From assembly GCA_964016885.1 (NCBI GenBank), contig OZ024762.1, positions 27,652,001-27,716,000 of the forward strand: 64,000 nt of DNA. Direction: 5' to 3'. Source of the stretch: Eledone cirrhosa (Eukaryota). Below, one piece after another: positions 27,263 to 41,532 of this stretch. The stretch's first letter is position 1, and each line of letters starts with the position of its first letter. Below the pieces are notes generated by a model, which saw nothing but the letters and a program-made list of their open reading frames with translations, made no database searches and was not told the DNA's origin. The translations under genes were made by a program, and so were the position numbers.

Positions 27263-27387
27263 TATATATATAATATAAATATATATATATATTATAAATA
27301 TATAATATATATATATATGGAAATATATAATATATATATATGGAAAGCATGGCGTCCGAACCTCTACCCACACTGCCAATCCACCGC

Positions 27388-27443
<56 letters not shown>

Positions 27444-27594
27444 CATATATTTATATATAATTGTTTCTAATTTTGGCACAAGGCCAGCAATTACCCTGTG
27501 TATTACTGTTATTTTATATATACTTTCTCCTATATATATATTATATATATATATTATATATATAATATATATATAATATACATTATATATATGC

Positions 27595-27738
27595 CTTCCA
27601 GCATAGTTACGTCCCTTTACGATCTGAATTCAAATCCCGCCGAGATTGACTTTGCCTTTCATCCTTACGGGGTCGATAAAATAAAGTACCAGTAATGCAC
27701 TGGGTATTTGCTGGCCTTGTGCCTAAAGTAGAAACAAA
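27595..27738 (+). mobile_element. SINE fragment resembling a cephalopod SINE core; inverted 3' piece at 27460-27496
   Basis: gaattcaaatcccgccgagattgactttgcctttcatccttacggggtcgataaaataaagtaccagt...ggccttgtgcctaaagtagaaac. Related reverse copy at 41772-41890. Confidence 0.7.
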
Positions 27739-28101
27739 TATATATATAATATATATATAATATATATATATATAATATATATATAATATACATATATATT
27801 ATATATATAATTATATATATATATATAATAGGTATATAATATATATATATTATATATATAATTATATATATATATAATATATATATTATATATATAATTA
27901 TATATATATATATATATAATATATATATATTATATATATAATTATATATATATATATATATTATATATATATAATTATTTATATATATAAAATATATATA
28001 TATAAATTATATATATAATTATATATATAATATATATATATATTATATATATAATTATATATATATATATATATAATATATATATATTATATATATAATA
28101 T

Positions 28102-28307
28102 ATAGGAGAAAGTATGACCCCGACGGCAGAGCTCAAGCCGTTTCGACGGCTATTTCTGGACTATAGTCTAGTCCAGAAATAGCCGCCGAAACGGCTTGAG
28201 CTCTGCCGTCGGGATCATACTTTCTCCTATTAGCCACTCTACTACCCTAGGTATTGAGTACTCTGGTGCGTTATTGTCCATCTGGTTCCTTACCACAACT
28301 CCTTCGT
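28102..28307. mobile_element. Fold-back pLTR remnant with tail
   Basis: Arms 28102-28161 / 28168-28230, with a GAAAC half-motif near the centre. Tail contains ttgagtac. Confidence 0.65.
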
Positions 28308-28427
28308 TATAATATATATATATGTATATATTATATATATAATTATATATATTCATTACTTAAGCAAAACAAGACCACAAATTTCACAAGGAAGACAATA
28401 TTAAAATATTGTCAACATATTTTAATT

Positions 28428-28475
<48 letters not shown>

Positions 28476-28499
28476 CATATATAACATATATATAGTATA

Positions 28500-28949
28500 T
28501 ACGATATATTAACAAATGGAAACTATACTTATAAAACCATATTTATTTCATTATACATACTTCTAAAGAATGCGACCATTTCTGTTGGAAGCTCCCGGGA
28601 GCTTCCAACAGAAATGGTCGCATTCTTTAAGGGTATGTCAATATTTATTTATAAAACTGATCTATATTATATTTTATCTGATGAAAGCACGCCATAATTT
28701 AACTTGGTGTCCTTGAAATATGTATAATGAAATAAATATGGTTTTATAAATATAGTTTCCATTTGTTAATATATCGTAATTTAACTTGGTGTCCTTGAAA
28801 TATGTATAATGAAATAAATATGGTTTTATAAATATAGTTTCCATTTGTTAATATATCGTATTTTTACTCCAATAATTTGTTGAGTGCTTTATATCAGTTA
28901 TAAAAATATTTGCTTGTTGTATCCCAACAATTTAAATAGAACTTCTACA
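28500..28949. mobile_element. Fold-back pLTR with a perfect central 66-nt palindrome, hammerhead at 28671-28733(+), partial tandem duplication and tail
   Basis: Centre cccggg at 28594-28599. CTGATGA...GAAATATGTATA. 28696-28777 is repeated at 28778-28860. Confidence 0.75.
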
Positions 28950-29041
28950 TATATATAGTATATATATATATATGTTATATATCTAATTATATATATAATA
29001 TATATATTATATAGATAATTATATATATATATATATATATA

Positions 29042-30590
29042 TTTCGTTTCTGAATTTGTTTAGTAAGATTCTTTATCTGAAAACGTGTGTTGAAACCGAT
29101 ATTGTTATACTTTGGGAGGGTCATGTTGCCAATAAGAAACACACGCACCAGTTGCTTTCACTTCAATTTATTATAAATTAAATTTAGGAATTTAGGAATT
29201 TGTAAATTTCCGGTTGGTTGGTTGGTTCTACAACCAGATGATTGTTCATATATTGTCAAAGTTCTTTCGTCACGCATTCTGTGACCTCTTCAGTGACTGG
29301 GGATTCTTTTCTTTGTTTTTGTGCCTCTCCTTTGTTCTGTCCTACGCCATCTTGTTTTTGTGTGTGTTGTGTGCTTAGTTTGCGCATGTGTAACCACCGG
29401 GTGTCTGTGTGTGTTTATATTTGTTTATTTATTTGTTTATTTACATGTTACTGGTTGGTTGTTTGTTCTATGTGTGTGTGTGTGTTTTCATTTTGTCCTT
29501 AATTGTAAGTTGTGATGTTGCTGTTCCATTCATGTTTTCTATTTAATTTTGGTTGGAGTTCATTTATGTTTATTGCCACTGTGATTTGTCTAAACATTGC
29601 GTCTTTTCTGTGTGTAGATTCTATTTTTATTTCTATGTTCTCTAATTTACCCTTGTGTTCTATTTTAGCATGTTGGTGGAGTACAGATGATTCTTTACTA
29701 TCTTGAAGCTCTCGGCAGTGTTCATTTATCCGTTCGCCTATACTACGAGCTCTCTCACCTATGTACACTATATTCTTATCTCTACATTGTCCTTCAGCAC
29801 ATCTTATGCTATACACTACATTTCTAGTTTTACAGTTAATATGGGGGCTTAATTTATAGATTATTCATTTCTTATCTATACAGGGAGGGCTTTGAAAAGG
29901 GTATGTATTGCTAATAAGTGTTTTTATGGAGGTACCTGGTCTTTCTACTATCTTAATATTGACTTTATGTTTATCTAGGGCCCTTCTAAATTTGTAAGCT
30001 AATTCACCTCTAGGGGTTGTATCGATGAACATTACACTCTGGTATTTATTGCTATCATACCATGAGTTTTTTCTATTAACCTTATTCCCAGTTCTTTCTA
30101 TTCTATTCCAAAATTACTCCTATACAAGGGGCAGGTCCCATTTGTATCATTATTTACCATTTTTTCCCATTTGGTTCTGGCTCCTCTATATACTCTGATT
30201 TAATCTCTATGATTGTAACCAGAGAACTGCATACGGTGGATGAAGTGTTGTATGTGTCTCTCTAGTTCTTTGGGGTTGCACATGCGGGACACGTTTCTCA
30301 TCACCCGTACCAAATCTGCAATCAGTATGTTGATTTTGGTATGGTCCGAAACAGCTGAGTTTAGGTGGATCAGATATTTGGAAGTCATGGGTTGGGCATA
30401 ATGGGAATGGGGGATTTGTTTTTTGTTATTAATGGTATCTAACCAGAGTTCTGTGTCTCGTACAGGTAATCGATGGTTGGGGTGTTTGCTTGGGTAGTCT
30501 ATAGTAACTCTAATACTCTGGTGGATGGAGTTAGCTATTTGCTGGATGCTTTCCATGGTGTTTTTCTCTAATTCCTGACAGTTCTCTAGT
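29042..30590 (-). mobile_element. 5'-truncated PLE of a third type: RT thumb, GIY-YIG and pLTR with tail
   Basis: ORF 30200-30556 (RVTIDYPSKH...LPVRDTELW...RVMRN...RMQFSGY) and ORF 29499-29816 (YSIRC...C...VYIGERARSIGERINEH...LNRKHEW). Hammerhead at 29255-29297(-): gtca-CTGAAGA-ggtcac...gtgac-GAAAGAACTT-tgac. Confidence 0.85.
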
Positions 30591-30629
30591 GGGGGTGTTT
30601 TACTACGATGTTTATATCATCAACGTAGC

Positions 30630-31265
30630 GTTTGTTTACAAACACACCGAGCATTATAATAAATGTTCGGTGAATCCATACGTACATATATATATGTGTG
30701 CATGTATGTATATATATATACATACTACTGTACGTCTGTATACATATATGTATGTATGTGTACATATTTATATTTAAGTAACAGCCGTACTAAGAGTGGG
30801 AAATGAAATTTCGTTTCATTTTTTCCGTTTATCGTTTTCGGTACACCCGGCCGATTAACCCACGCTATATGCAAATTGGGCTACTCAGCCGTTAATATGC
30901 ATAAGGAAAGTATATACTTTCAGAAGTTCAATCATCTGGCAGGAAGGTATACGTTGCTGACGATAGCTAATAAGCTTGAAACTAGTACAGCGTTCCTTTG
31001 TCAGTGTTGAACAAACGAGCAACGATGGTTGCTAGACACTACGGCTTAATACGGGATGTTTGTTTACAAACACACCGAGCATTATAATAAATGTTTGGTG
31101 AATCCATACGTACATATATATATGTGTGCATGTATGTATATATATATATATATGCATACTACTGTACGTCTGTATCCATATATGTATGTACGTGTACATA
31201 CTTATATTTAAGTAACAGCCGTACTAAGAGTGGGAAATGAAATTTCGTTTCGTTCTTTCCGTTTA
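30630..31265 (+). repeat. Direct repeat (about 30630-30830 / 31058-31265) flanking a hammerhead; pLTR- or retrozyme-like
   Basis: gtttgtttacaaacacaccgagcattataat...gaaatgaaatttcgtttc is duplicated. Confidence 0.75.
30943..30998 (+). ncRNA. Textbook minimal type I hammerhead ribozyme
   Basis: acgttg-CTGACGA-tagctaataagctt-GAAACTAGTA-cagcgt. Stem I acgttg/cagcgt, palindromic stem III ACTAGT. Confidence 0.8.
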
Positions 31266-31535
31266 TATATATATATATATATATACCTACCTATGCATGT
31301 ATGTATATATCCATATAACCGTGGTTTAAGCACAGAGTTGTAGGTAAAGTTATAATTTTATTTTTAAATGTATTTTTTGCTTGCATTGCTTACTTTTGAT
31401 ATACTTTTAATTTTCATACTTAAATACAATTTTGGAAAGATGAATCTCAACAAATAAGTTTTTAGCCTATGTAGTATTTGAACTATTTAAGTACCTGTAT
31501 AAAGTGACTGAAATAGTTCTATTTTAATCTATTCT

Positions 31536-31604
<69 letters not shown>

Positions 31605-31869
31605 CAACGGGAGGAAACATAACATCACTGATGATGTCACTGTTGTGTGACAAAAGAACTCTAAGAAACTATATTTATATCTATATTTTTAACTGTTGGT
31701 CAATCAATGATAAACATTGATTGCCAGCTGAATCAATTATAGAAATATAAAATATACTGAAGCGGAAACAAACCCAAATCAAACAGTGAGTGTGTTTTAC
31801 TATATATTTTCCGGGCAATATTATAACATGACACTCCCCAAATTTAATAATATATGAAAACAAATTTAA

Positions 31870-31982
<113 letters not shown>

Positions 31983-32000
31983 ATTTATATATATATATAT

Positions 32001-32286
32001 TGTTCTCAGGAAAATGGAAAAACTCGGCGTATGGAAGCGGTTAGAACAGCAAAATACCATCGAAGCGACGTTGAGTAAAATATTAGCTGGAAGTACTGAG
32101 ATGAGCAGCTAGATGTGAGTTGATTCGAAGGAAGGAAGAGAAGATAAGAAGGAGGAAAAAGAATGGATGAATGAGAACAGGTCACAAACATTAAAATGTG
32201 CTCTTCAGGTCTCAACCACAGCAGTTTCGACGAGGAAGTTCTAACAGCTTCCATACACCGTGTTTTCGCATTTTTCTGAGAACAAT
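32001..32286. repeat. Small element with about 46-bp imperfect terminal inverted repeats between microsatellites
   Basis: tgttctcaggaaaatggaaaaactcggcgtatggaagcggttagaac / gttctaacagcttccatacaccgtgttttcgcatttttctgagaaca. Confidence 0.65.
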
Positions 32287-32443
32287 ATGTGTGAGTGTGT
32301 GTGTGCGTGTGTGTGTGTGTGTGAGAGAAAGAGGTACAGAGTTCGATATCCTGGGGCAACTGTCCTATATTTTAAGCTATTATTTCTATTATTACTATGC
32401 TTAGTTATTTTTTATGTTTGAGGTTTTCTACATTTTCTAAGAA

Positions 32444-32504
<61 letters not shown>

Positions 32505-32536
32505 CAAATACATACACATACATATATATATATATA

Positions 32537-33110
32537 TTTCGTTTCTGAATTTGTTTAGCAAGATTCTTTATCTGAAAACGTGTGTTGAAACCGATATTGT
32601 TATTCTTTGGGAGGGTCATGTTGCTAATAAGAAACACACGCACCAGTTGCTTTCACTTCAATTTATTATAATAAATTTATAAATTTAAGAATTTATAAAT
32701 TTCCGGTTGGTTGGTTGGTTCCACAACCAGATGGTTGTTTATATATTGTCAAAGTTCTTTCGTCACACATTCTGTGACCTCTTCAGTGAATGGGGATTCT
32801 TTTCTTTGTTTTTGTGCCTCTCCTTTGTTCTGTCCTACGCCATCTTGTTTTTTTTCAAAAGATGGCGTAGGACAGAACAAAGGAGAGGCACAAAAGCAAA
32901 GAAAAGAATCCCCAGTCACTGAAGAGGCTACAGAATGTGTGACGAAAGAACTTTGACAATATATGAACAATCATCTGGTTGTGGAACCAACCAACCAACC
33001 GGAAATTTATAAATTCCTAAATTTATAAATTTATTATAATAAATTGAAGTGAAAGCAACTGGTGCGTGTGTTTCTTATTGGCAACATGACCCTCCCAAAG
33101 TATAACAATA
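32537..33110. mobile_element. Fold-back pLTR of the 29042 PLE family with two hammerheads (32748-32790 minus, 32915-32957 plus)
   Basis: Arms 32595-32848 / 32859-33110. The left arm has a 58-nt extension nearly identical to 29042-29099. Confidence 0.85.
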
Positions 33111-33202
33111 TATATATATATATATATATATCAGTATGTATACGTACATACAGATAAGAGTGAGAAATGAAATTTCCTTTCATTTTTCCGTTTATATATA
33201 TA

Positions 33203-34593
33203 TCATTATCTATAAAAGGCAGATTGTTGTTGTGTGTGTGTATTTGTGAATGTTCTATGTTTATACATTTGCACAATTTCAAATCGATTCGACTTAAAGT
33301 CTGTAAGAATGTTGTAAATAGGCTGAATTAGGTCACTGACTATTTATTTCATTTAAACTCACCCACAATTACGGAAATAATCGATAAAACTAAATACATG
33401 ACACTCTACCTCTCTAATACAATCTGATAACCTCTCTCTACTCACCTTAAAATTCGATAAAACTACATAGATGCTGCAACTTTCTCTTATATACGCTTAA
33501 GCTTACAAACTTCCTTTAGGAACGCCGAAGAGAGAGAGAGAACGTTTGTTTTTGAGTGTGGAACGGTCAAACATTTATTTACTTCAATGACAAAGAGAAC
33601 TTATTACATTTCATACGAAACAACAATTATTCAAAAGCAACAGATAAATTTATTCAACAACAACAAAAAAATAGCTATGAATCTTTTTTAAAACCTCTCA
33701 ACAAACGTGGAAGAAAAAAGTATCAGTTTATTTACTATACACAATAATATCCTCTATGAGGTCACTAAACCTGCTAGAAACAGCAGCTAACTCTCCCCCA
33801 TATCACACCACTCCCTACTGTCTTAAATTTAGAAAACATATCCTCTATGAGGTCACTAAACCTGCTAGAAACAGCAGCTAACTCTCCCCCATATCACACC
33901 CCTCCCTACTGTCTTAAATTTAGAAAACATATCCTCTATGAGGTCACTAAACCTTCTAGAAACAGCAGTTAACTCTCCCCCATATCACACCACTCCCTAC
34001 TGTCTTAAATTTAGAAAACATATCCTCTATGAGGTCACTAAACCTGCTAGAAACAGCAGCTAACTCTCCCCCATGTCACACCACTCCCTACTGTCTTAAA
34101 TTTAGAAAACACATATCCTCTATGAGGTCACTAAACCTGCTAGAAACAGCAGCTAACTCTCCCCCATATCACACCACTCCCTACTGTCTTAAATTTAGAA
34201 TACATATCCTCTATGAGGTCACTAAACCTGCTAGAAACAGCAGCTAACTCTCCCCCATGTCATACCATTCCCTACTGTCTTAAATTTAGAAAACACACAT
34301 TAGACAACCATGCAGGACAACTCCATCGCAGCTCTGTTGTTCGGCTGGCATCGTCTACGCGCGTGTTGCGCAAGTACTGTGAAACAATAAATTTCAACAC
34401 TTCTTTGCACAGAGATAATATCCATAGGCGAAACTACAATTGTCACTGCTGGCGCAGCTCCTGCTTCGGCAGTCCAGGTCTGCAATTCATTCACCCAGTG
34501 CCTGGCAGACAAAGGAGTGCTGCCATAAAATGGGTGGTGCAGCCTAACTTTGGTAACTTACTGACCCCGAGCAACGCCGGGCTTTAATGCTAG
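33203..34593 (+). mobile_element. Non-autonomous Helitron-like element carrying an internal tandem array
   Basis: 5' TCattatctataaaaggc. 3' cccgagcaacgccgggctttaatgCTAG, the same end family as 24126-24150. Confidence 0.7.
33746..34300. repeat. Tandem array of an about 91-bp SINE-like unit, 6 copies
   Basis: atatcctctatgaggtcactaaacctgctagaaacagcagctaactctcccccatatcacacc...gtcttaaatttagaaaac. Related sequence on the minus strand at about 57000-57245. Confidence 0.9.
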
Positions 34594-34594
34594 G

Positions 34595-34629
<35 letters not shown>

Positions 34630-35047
34630 AATACATACACATACATACATATATATATACACACATACATACACATATATATATATATATACATGCACAT
34701 ATATATATATACATACATACACACATATATATACACATTCATACACACATATATATATACATACATGCACATATATATATATACACATACATACACATAT
34801 ATATACATATATATATACACATACATACACACATATATATATATACACACATATATATATATATACATATATATATATACATATATATATACATATATAT
34901 ATACATATATATATACATATATATATACATATATATGTATGTGTATGTATGTGTATGTATATATATATATATGTGTGTGTGTGTATGTATGTGTATATAT
35001 ATATGTGTGTGTATATATATTTATATATATGTGTATGTATGTGTGTG

Positions 35048-35088
<41 letters not shown>

Positions 35089-35114
35089 ATGTATGTGTAT
35101 ATATATATATATAT

Positions 35115-35145
<31 letters not shown>

Positions 35146-35289
35146 GTATAAAAGTTTCTATTTTTCTTCTACTCTCGTCTAAGCTCTATAATAGTTCGTT
35201 TCATGTTTTTAACAAACCTTCAACTCAACACAATCCGTTGTAATAGACTCAGTTCTGCCCCCACCACGCCTTCCCTCTCCCCGTCTCGT

Positions 35290-36250
35290 TTCCCATCACC
35301 GCCACCTCCATCACCGCCACCACCATCACCACCAACTCCAACACCACCACTACTCTCACCACCACAACTATATACACTAGCACCACCACCACCACCATAC
35401 CACCACCACCTCCTCCAACTCCACCAACACTACCACCACCACTAACACCGCCATCACCACCACCACCACCACCAACACCACCACCACCATCACCACCACT
35501 ATAAACACTACCACCACCCTCACCACCACCACGAACAACAACAACAACTCCACCACCACCATACCTCCACAACCTCCACAACCTCCACCACCATCACCAC
35601 CACCACCATCACCACCACCACCATACCACCACCACTATACCACCACTATAAACACTACCACCACCCTCACCACCACCACAAACAACAACAACTCCACCAC
35701 CACCATACCTCCACAACCTCCACCACCATACCACCACCACCATACCACCACCACCATACCACCACCACCATACCACCACCACCGCCATCACTACCACCAT
35801 ACCTCCACCATACCACCATCACCATACCACCATACCACCATACCACCACCACCGCCATCACTACCACCATACCACCACCACCATACCACCACCACCATCA
35901 CCACCACCACCATACCACCACCACCATCACCACCACCACCATACCACCATCACCATACCACCATACCACCATACCACCACCACCGCCATCACTACCACCA
36001 TACCACCACCACCATACCACCACCACCGCCATCACTACCACCATACCTCCACCATACCACCATACCACCATACCACCACCACCGCCATCACTACCACCAT
36101 ACCGCCACCACCATACCACCACCACCATCACCACCACCACCATACCACCACCACCATCACCACCACCACCACCATACCACCACCACCATACCACCACCAC
36201 CGCCATCACTACCACCATACCTCCACCATACCACCTCCACCACTGCCACA
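35290..36250. repeat. Degenerate (CCA)n/(CCATA) simple-repeat array
   Basis: Direct inspection. Confidence 0.9.
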
Positions 36251-36461
36251 CACCCCCACTTCCTTTCCGTTCTACTTCAGCTGGCCGCCATATTAACTTT
36301 CATGAACGTACAACCAGATTATTTCTCTATAAAACAAAGCGATGGATCGCCATAATTGAATCATTAATCGAGTCAGCATAAAAGCTTAATGTGTAAATCT
36401 AGTCTTTGCATTAATTACACCAGTATGTATGTATATATATATATATATATATACATACATA

Positions 36462-36623
<162 letters not shown>

Positions 36624-37047
36624 TATATATATATAAATATATATATATATACATACATATGGTGGCTGCCAACTTGTTTTCGAGTATGGCCACTACTTTA
36701 TATCCATGTAGGAGAACCCCTACCGATGCGCTGAACGAGTGTGACTTTTTAGTCCAGCCAGCGACTTGAAAACTCTGGTACAAACACTACACTTGTGACA
36801 ATTATTGACATATAGTGCTGGGCCCATGGTACCATGTGACGACAAGTGCAGAGAGATCTCCAGATATAAAGCAATGCCTGTGCCGTGAAGCTTTTATAGT
36901 GAGCAAAGGCACTGCACAAAGCCAGTCCCACTCTCTTAACCAAGCTGATATTTACCAAAAAGAAGAACAAGTCAACATCATTGGATACCATCAGGGTTGC
37001 AGGTGTTATATCAGAGTTTTCCTTCTCCTAGAATTCTGCCTTGACAA

Positions 37048-37079
<32 letters not shown>

Positions 37080-37178
37080 ATATACATACGTATACATAAG
37101 TATATACATGTATATATAACAAACCACACTTTGTATATATACAAAGTGTGGTTAGTTATATATACATGTATATACTTA

Positions 37179-37251
<73 letters not shown>

Positions 37252-37899
37252 GAGTGTGTGTGGGTGTGTATGTATATATATGTATGTATATTTATATATA
37301 TATGTGTGTGTGAGTGTGTGAGCATGTGTGTGAATATATACGTGTATATCTAAGTGGGGTTATTGACATATACTCGTATATACTTAAATATGTGTATGTA
37401 TATATATATATATATATATACATACGGTTAGACATAAATACATACATACATTCTTACATAATATATATACAAGCAATTATACATACATCATAGATACTTA
37501 TATATATATATACATACAATTATTTATAAATATATCGATATATGCATACATACATACTTATATACATACATACATTCTTATATATATATATATATATATA
37601 TATATACAAACAATTATACATACATCTTACATACTTACAATACTTACATGCACATATACATACAATTATACATATATACATAGATACCAACAATGACATT
37701 CTTTGTGGTAAAACTCAGTTCATCTGTTGTTGCTGTTGTTGTCGTTGTTGCTGGTGTTGTTATTGTTGTATGATAAAGTTTTTCTGTATTTGTTAAAATA
37801 TGCTACGTGTGTGTGGGGGGGGGGGGTGTAACAGAATAAAGCTCTATCTGAAAAGAGGGTTTTAGCCCCGAAATATCATGATAAAATACACTGGATAAA

Positions 37900-40800
37900 A
37901 TATTACTTCGTTTTGTTTACCATCATTTGGCCTCTGTATTTTCTGCTCCATTGTACTGGCTTTTAAAAAACTTATCTCTATTTTACAATATATATATATA
38001 TGGAAGCAGCCCACCGAAGATGAACTTCCCAACCTCGCTACCATAAGAAGGAACAAAAACCCTAGAAATCATCTCCCCCAGAATGACATTTAAAACTTTC
38101 CCCCTTCAAGGAGACACCATACCAAATCACTCAACTACTACGCGGATGCCTCATCGTCAAACATAGGGAAAAGATACCACCACCATGATAGATGTAACAA
38201 CTTCCCCGCTTCAACCTTTGGACAGCAAGGTAATTTCCATTTTCTCAACTCTCGCTTCCACAATACACAACAAACACACACCACACGATACAACCAACAA
38301 CGTAGGCCACCTATAACACCACAATCCAACATGGCACATAGAAACACACATCCATACTCGCAATACAGGAACACCCCATTCAATCTACAACCACTAACCC
38401 GAACCACATTTTACAACAACAAGGAATATAACAAACACAGGAGACCACTTAACATCAGCAGACAACCCCTCTACCCCAACCATTTTTTAGACACAGCACA
38501 CAGATACAGGCAAATAAAATAACACAAGACAGGGAGGAGAAACCGAGAGTAATAAAAATTATCAATCTAACTAGTGCAGAACCAACACCCAACCTTATCA
38601 ACTTACTCTCCAAAGGTCTTAAATTCACACCGACCCCACTACGTCTTAACTACTATGAAATGAAGGAAGACATCACAGACTTCTGTAGAAAGTTACGACT
38701 CAGTGAAGAACTATTTGACCAGTACAATGAGGATGAATCATTAGCCAGAAATAGAAGCAATTACACCCCATCAAAAGGTAGAAATAAAATCCTGGACGAA
38801 TTCTGTGAGCACATCACAAACTTCCCTTACCAACACTTGCACAGACAAAAACACAAGCCAAACCTCAACAAGAAAGAATGGGAAGAATTAAATAGATTAA
38901 AAACCGACAGAACCATAACAATTAAAGAGGCTGATAAAGGGAGTACAGTAGTCCTAATGGAGACAGAATTCTATATCAACTTAGCGCTCTCCACTTTGGA
39001 AAACTAAACATACTACGAAAAGACTGAACACTACAATCAACAGAAAATTATGAGAAACCTAAAAACTCTGATCAACCAATACAAAGAAGGACTCACTAAC
39101 AAGGAATTCAGCTTCATCACAGACTTCACAAGTAAATCCAACCTTTTCTACGGTATCCCTAAAGTACATAAAAGCGAATTAATAAGTAAGGCATGCAAGG
39201 AAGCCACAGACATAGTCATCAATGTCCCCTCACCCAATGATCTCAAATTAAGACCTATAATAGCAGGCCCCGCTTGCGAAACCCACCGCCTTAGCAACTT
39301 CATTGATACCCTTCTCAAGCCTTTTCTCAAACACATCAAAAGCTATATAAGGGACGACCTAGATATGCTCAATCACCTCCCTAATATGCCCCTTTCTGAA
39401 CAAACCCTACTAGTGACGTTCGATGTAGTCAACCTATATTCCAACATCCCCCACAACCTAGGAATAGAAGCTATCCAATTCTGGCTGGATAATTACCACA
39501 ATAAACTCCCACAACGCATCAAAAAAGAAATCGTGATAGAGGGACTCAAATTTATCTTGGAGAACAATTACTTCGTTTTCAATAACAAACCCTACAGGCA
39601 GAAATCTGGGACCGCTATGGGAACGAAAACAGCCCCCACTTATGCCAGTCATGGGATACCTGGAAATCACCCTCTACACTAAAGTACTAAACAAATTTGG
39701 AAACACTCTCCACTTACACATAGAAAGGAACTGGAAGCGATATCTAGATGACTGCTTCATCCTTTGGCACGAAAACATCGAGAAACTTAAAGAATTTCAC
39801 ACCCTTATAAATGGGCTCAACACGAATATTAACTTCACGATGGAATACAGCCATCAACAACTCCCCTTCCGCGATATCCTCGTTAAGATCCATAACAAAA
39901 AAATAGAAACAGACATATACTACAAGCCCACAGACTCCAAGCAATATCTTCCTTTCAACTCTTGCCACCCTAGACACGTTAAAATGAATATTCCCTACAA
40001 CTTAGCCAAGAGAATCTGTACTAGAGTCTCCAATAAAAACACCTGCTACTTACGGCTACAAGAACTAAAGGACACACTCATAGGCAGGGACTACCCTGCA
40101 TCACTAATTGACAATGGAATCCAACGTTCCCTAAAACTCAGTACACAGGACCTTAGACACCCTAAAGTAAATCAACCGAAACTAAAAGCTCTTCCATACA
40201 TCTCCATACACAACCCCCTCAACAATGAGGCCTTTGACACCATCCTCCAGAACATCCGTGTTGAAAAAAGACCATAGAATAAACCAAATCCTACGAACAC
40301 ACGATACCATAAAGAGCAAAAGACAATCTAAGTCAATGAAAAACATCCTAACACATGCCAAAGTACTGCCAACCACAACAACGAAACCCACAGTAAAAAA
40401 ATGCGATAGACCCAACTGTGGCATATGCATCAACCTAATAGAGGGGTTCGGAATTCTATTTCAAAGAAGGACAACGTTTTATAGTAAAACACAATTTCAC
40501 ATGCGCATCAGAAAATCTAATATATGTATTAACTTGCTCAGGTTGTCGAGAACATACATAGGCCAGAACCAAAAACAGCCTCCGCCAACGCATGACTGTC
40601 CATAGATCCCAAATTAAAATACGGGGAATACAGGAAAATACTACTGAGTGAACACATTGATACCGAATAATGTACACCATTTTTACCAGTATCACAAAAA
40701 TACTGGTCCACCTCACCACACACACACACATTCCCCCCCCCCCCACACACACACACATATATATTTACACACACATATATACACACACACATACACACGC

Positions 40801-41444
40801 GTACATTAACATACAAAGAGACACACACACACACACACACACACACTTCTCCGTATAAGACAAGAGCTGAAAAAATCTTTTAACATGTCAAAATATCCCC
40901 CACACACGTATAGACACATTCCTACTGACCATCCCTCTACACGAATTACTCTGCTACACACACACACACACACTTTTCTTAATAGGCATTTGAACTGTCC
41001 AACAGGCTGCGGTTCACACACCACATCCCTGCTGACCATTATCACAACAACGAACCTCTTTACTACTACTACACACACACACAACATATTTGTCTTGAAA
41101 GACTTATTTTTTCAGTGACTTCTCAATCAACCGAGACAAACCTACATTTGGCGCAAAATCAATTTTTAACATTTCACATGACCTCTACCGACCAATCAAA
41201 ATTGTTTTTGACCACAAGGAATTTTTTTCGTAAAACAGGTAGAATTTCCAAAACTAATCAGATTAGAGCAAACATCACGGGCGCTCTATCTCAAAATTAT
41301 TTTTGAAAAGCATTAGAAATGCGCAACCGGTAAAACTTAAAACCAAAACTGAATACTAACCAATACTATTACTAATTTTTACTTATTCCTAATTAAACTA
41401 TTTTTCACTGGGAACAATTTGTCAAGCATTTTCTTTTCCTTTTA

Positions 41445-41450
<6 letters not shown>
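37900..41450 (+). mobile_element. Near full-length Neptune-like Penelope element, pseudogenised
   Basis: ORFs 38660-40605: IKEADKGSTVV, FYGIPKVHK, LRPIIAGP, VTFDVVNLYSNIP, GTAMGT, KRYLDDCF, YLPFNSCHP, CDRPNCGIC linker, and a frameshifted GIY-YIG (FTCASENLIYVLTCSGC...YIGQ at about 40496-40566). Stops and frameshifts present. 3' end abuts (TA)n. Confidence 0.92.

Positions 41451-41532
<82 letters not shown>

Noticed and set aside
33746-34300. 91-bp tandem units as hammerhead retrozymes (ctatgagg...gaaac)
   Set aside because: No CTGANGA box and no consistent stems I/III. The unit matches a dispersed SINE-like repeat.
34300-34512. Minus-strand peptide ARHWVNELQ resembling a Rab GTPase segment
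   Set aside because: No NKxD or other G motifs follow. The similarity is too short to support.
36660-37045. Unique-looking segment with short ORFs on both strands
   Set aside because: No recognisable domain or splice pattern. Probably an old retroelement UTR fragment, but this cannot be supported.
38660-40605. Host telomerase RT or intact domesticated gene
   Set aside because: GIY-YIG domain, pLTR and multiple stops and frameshifts identify a decayed PLE.
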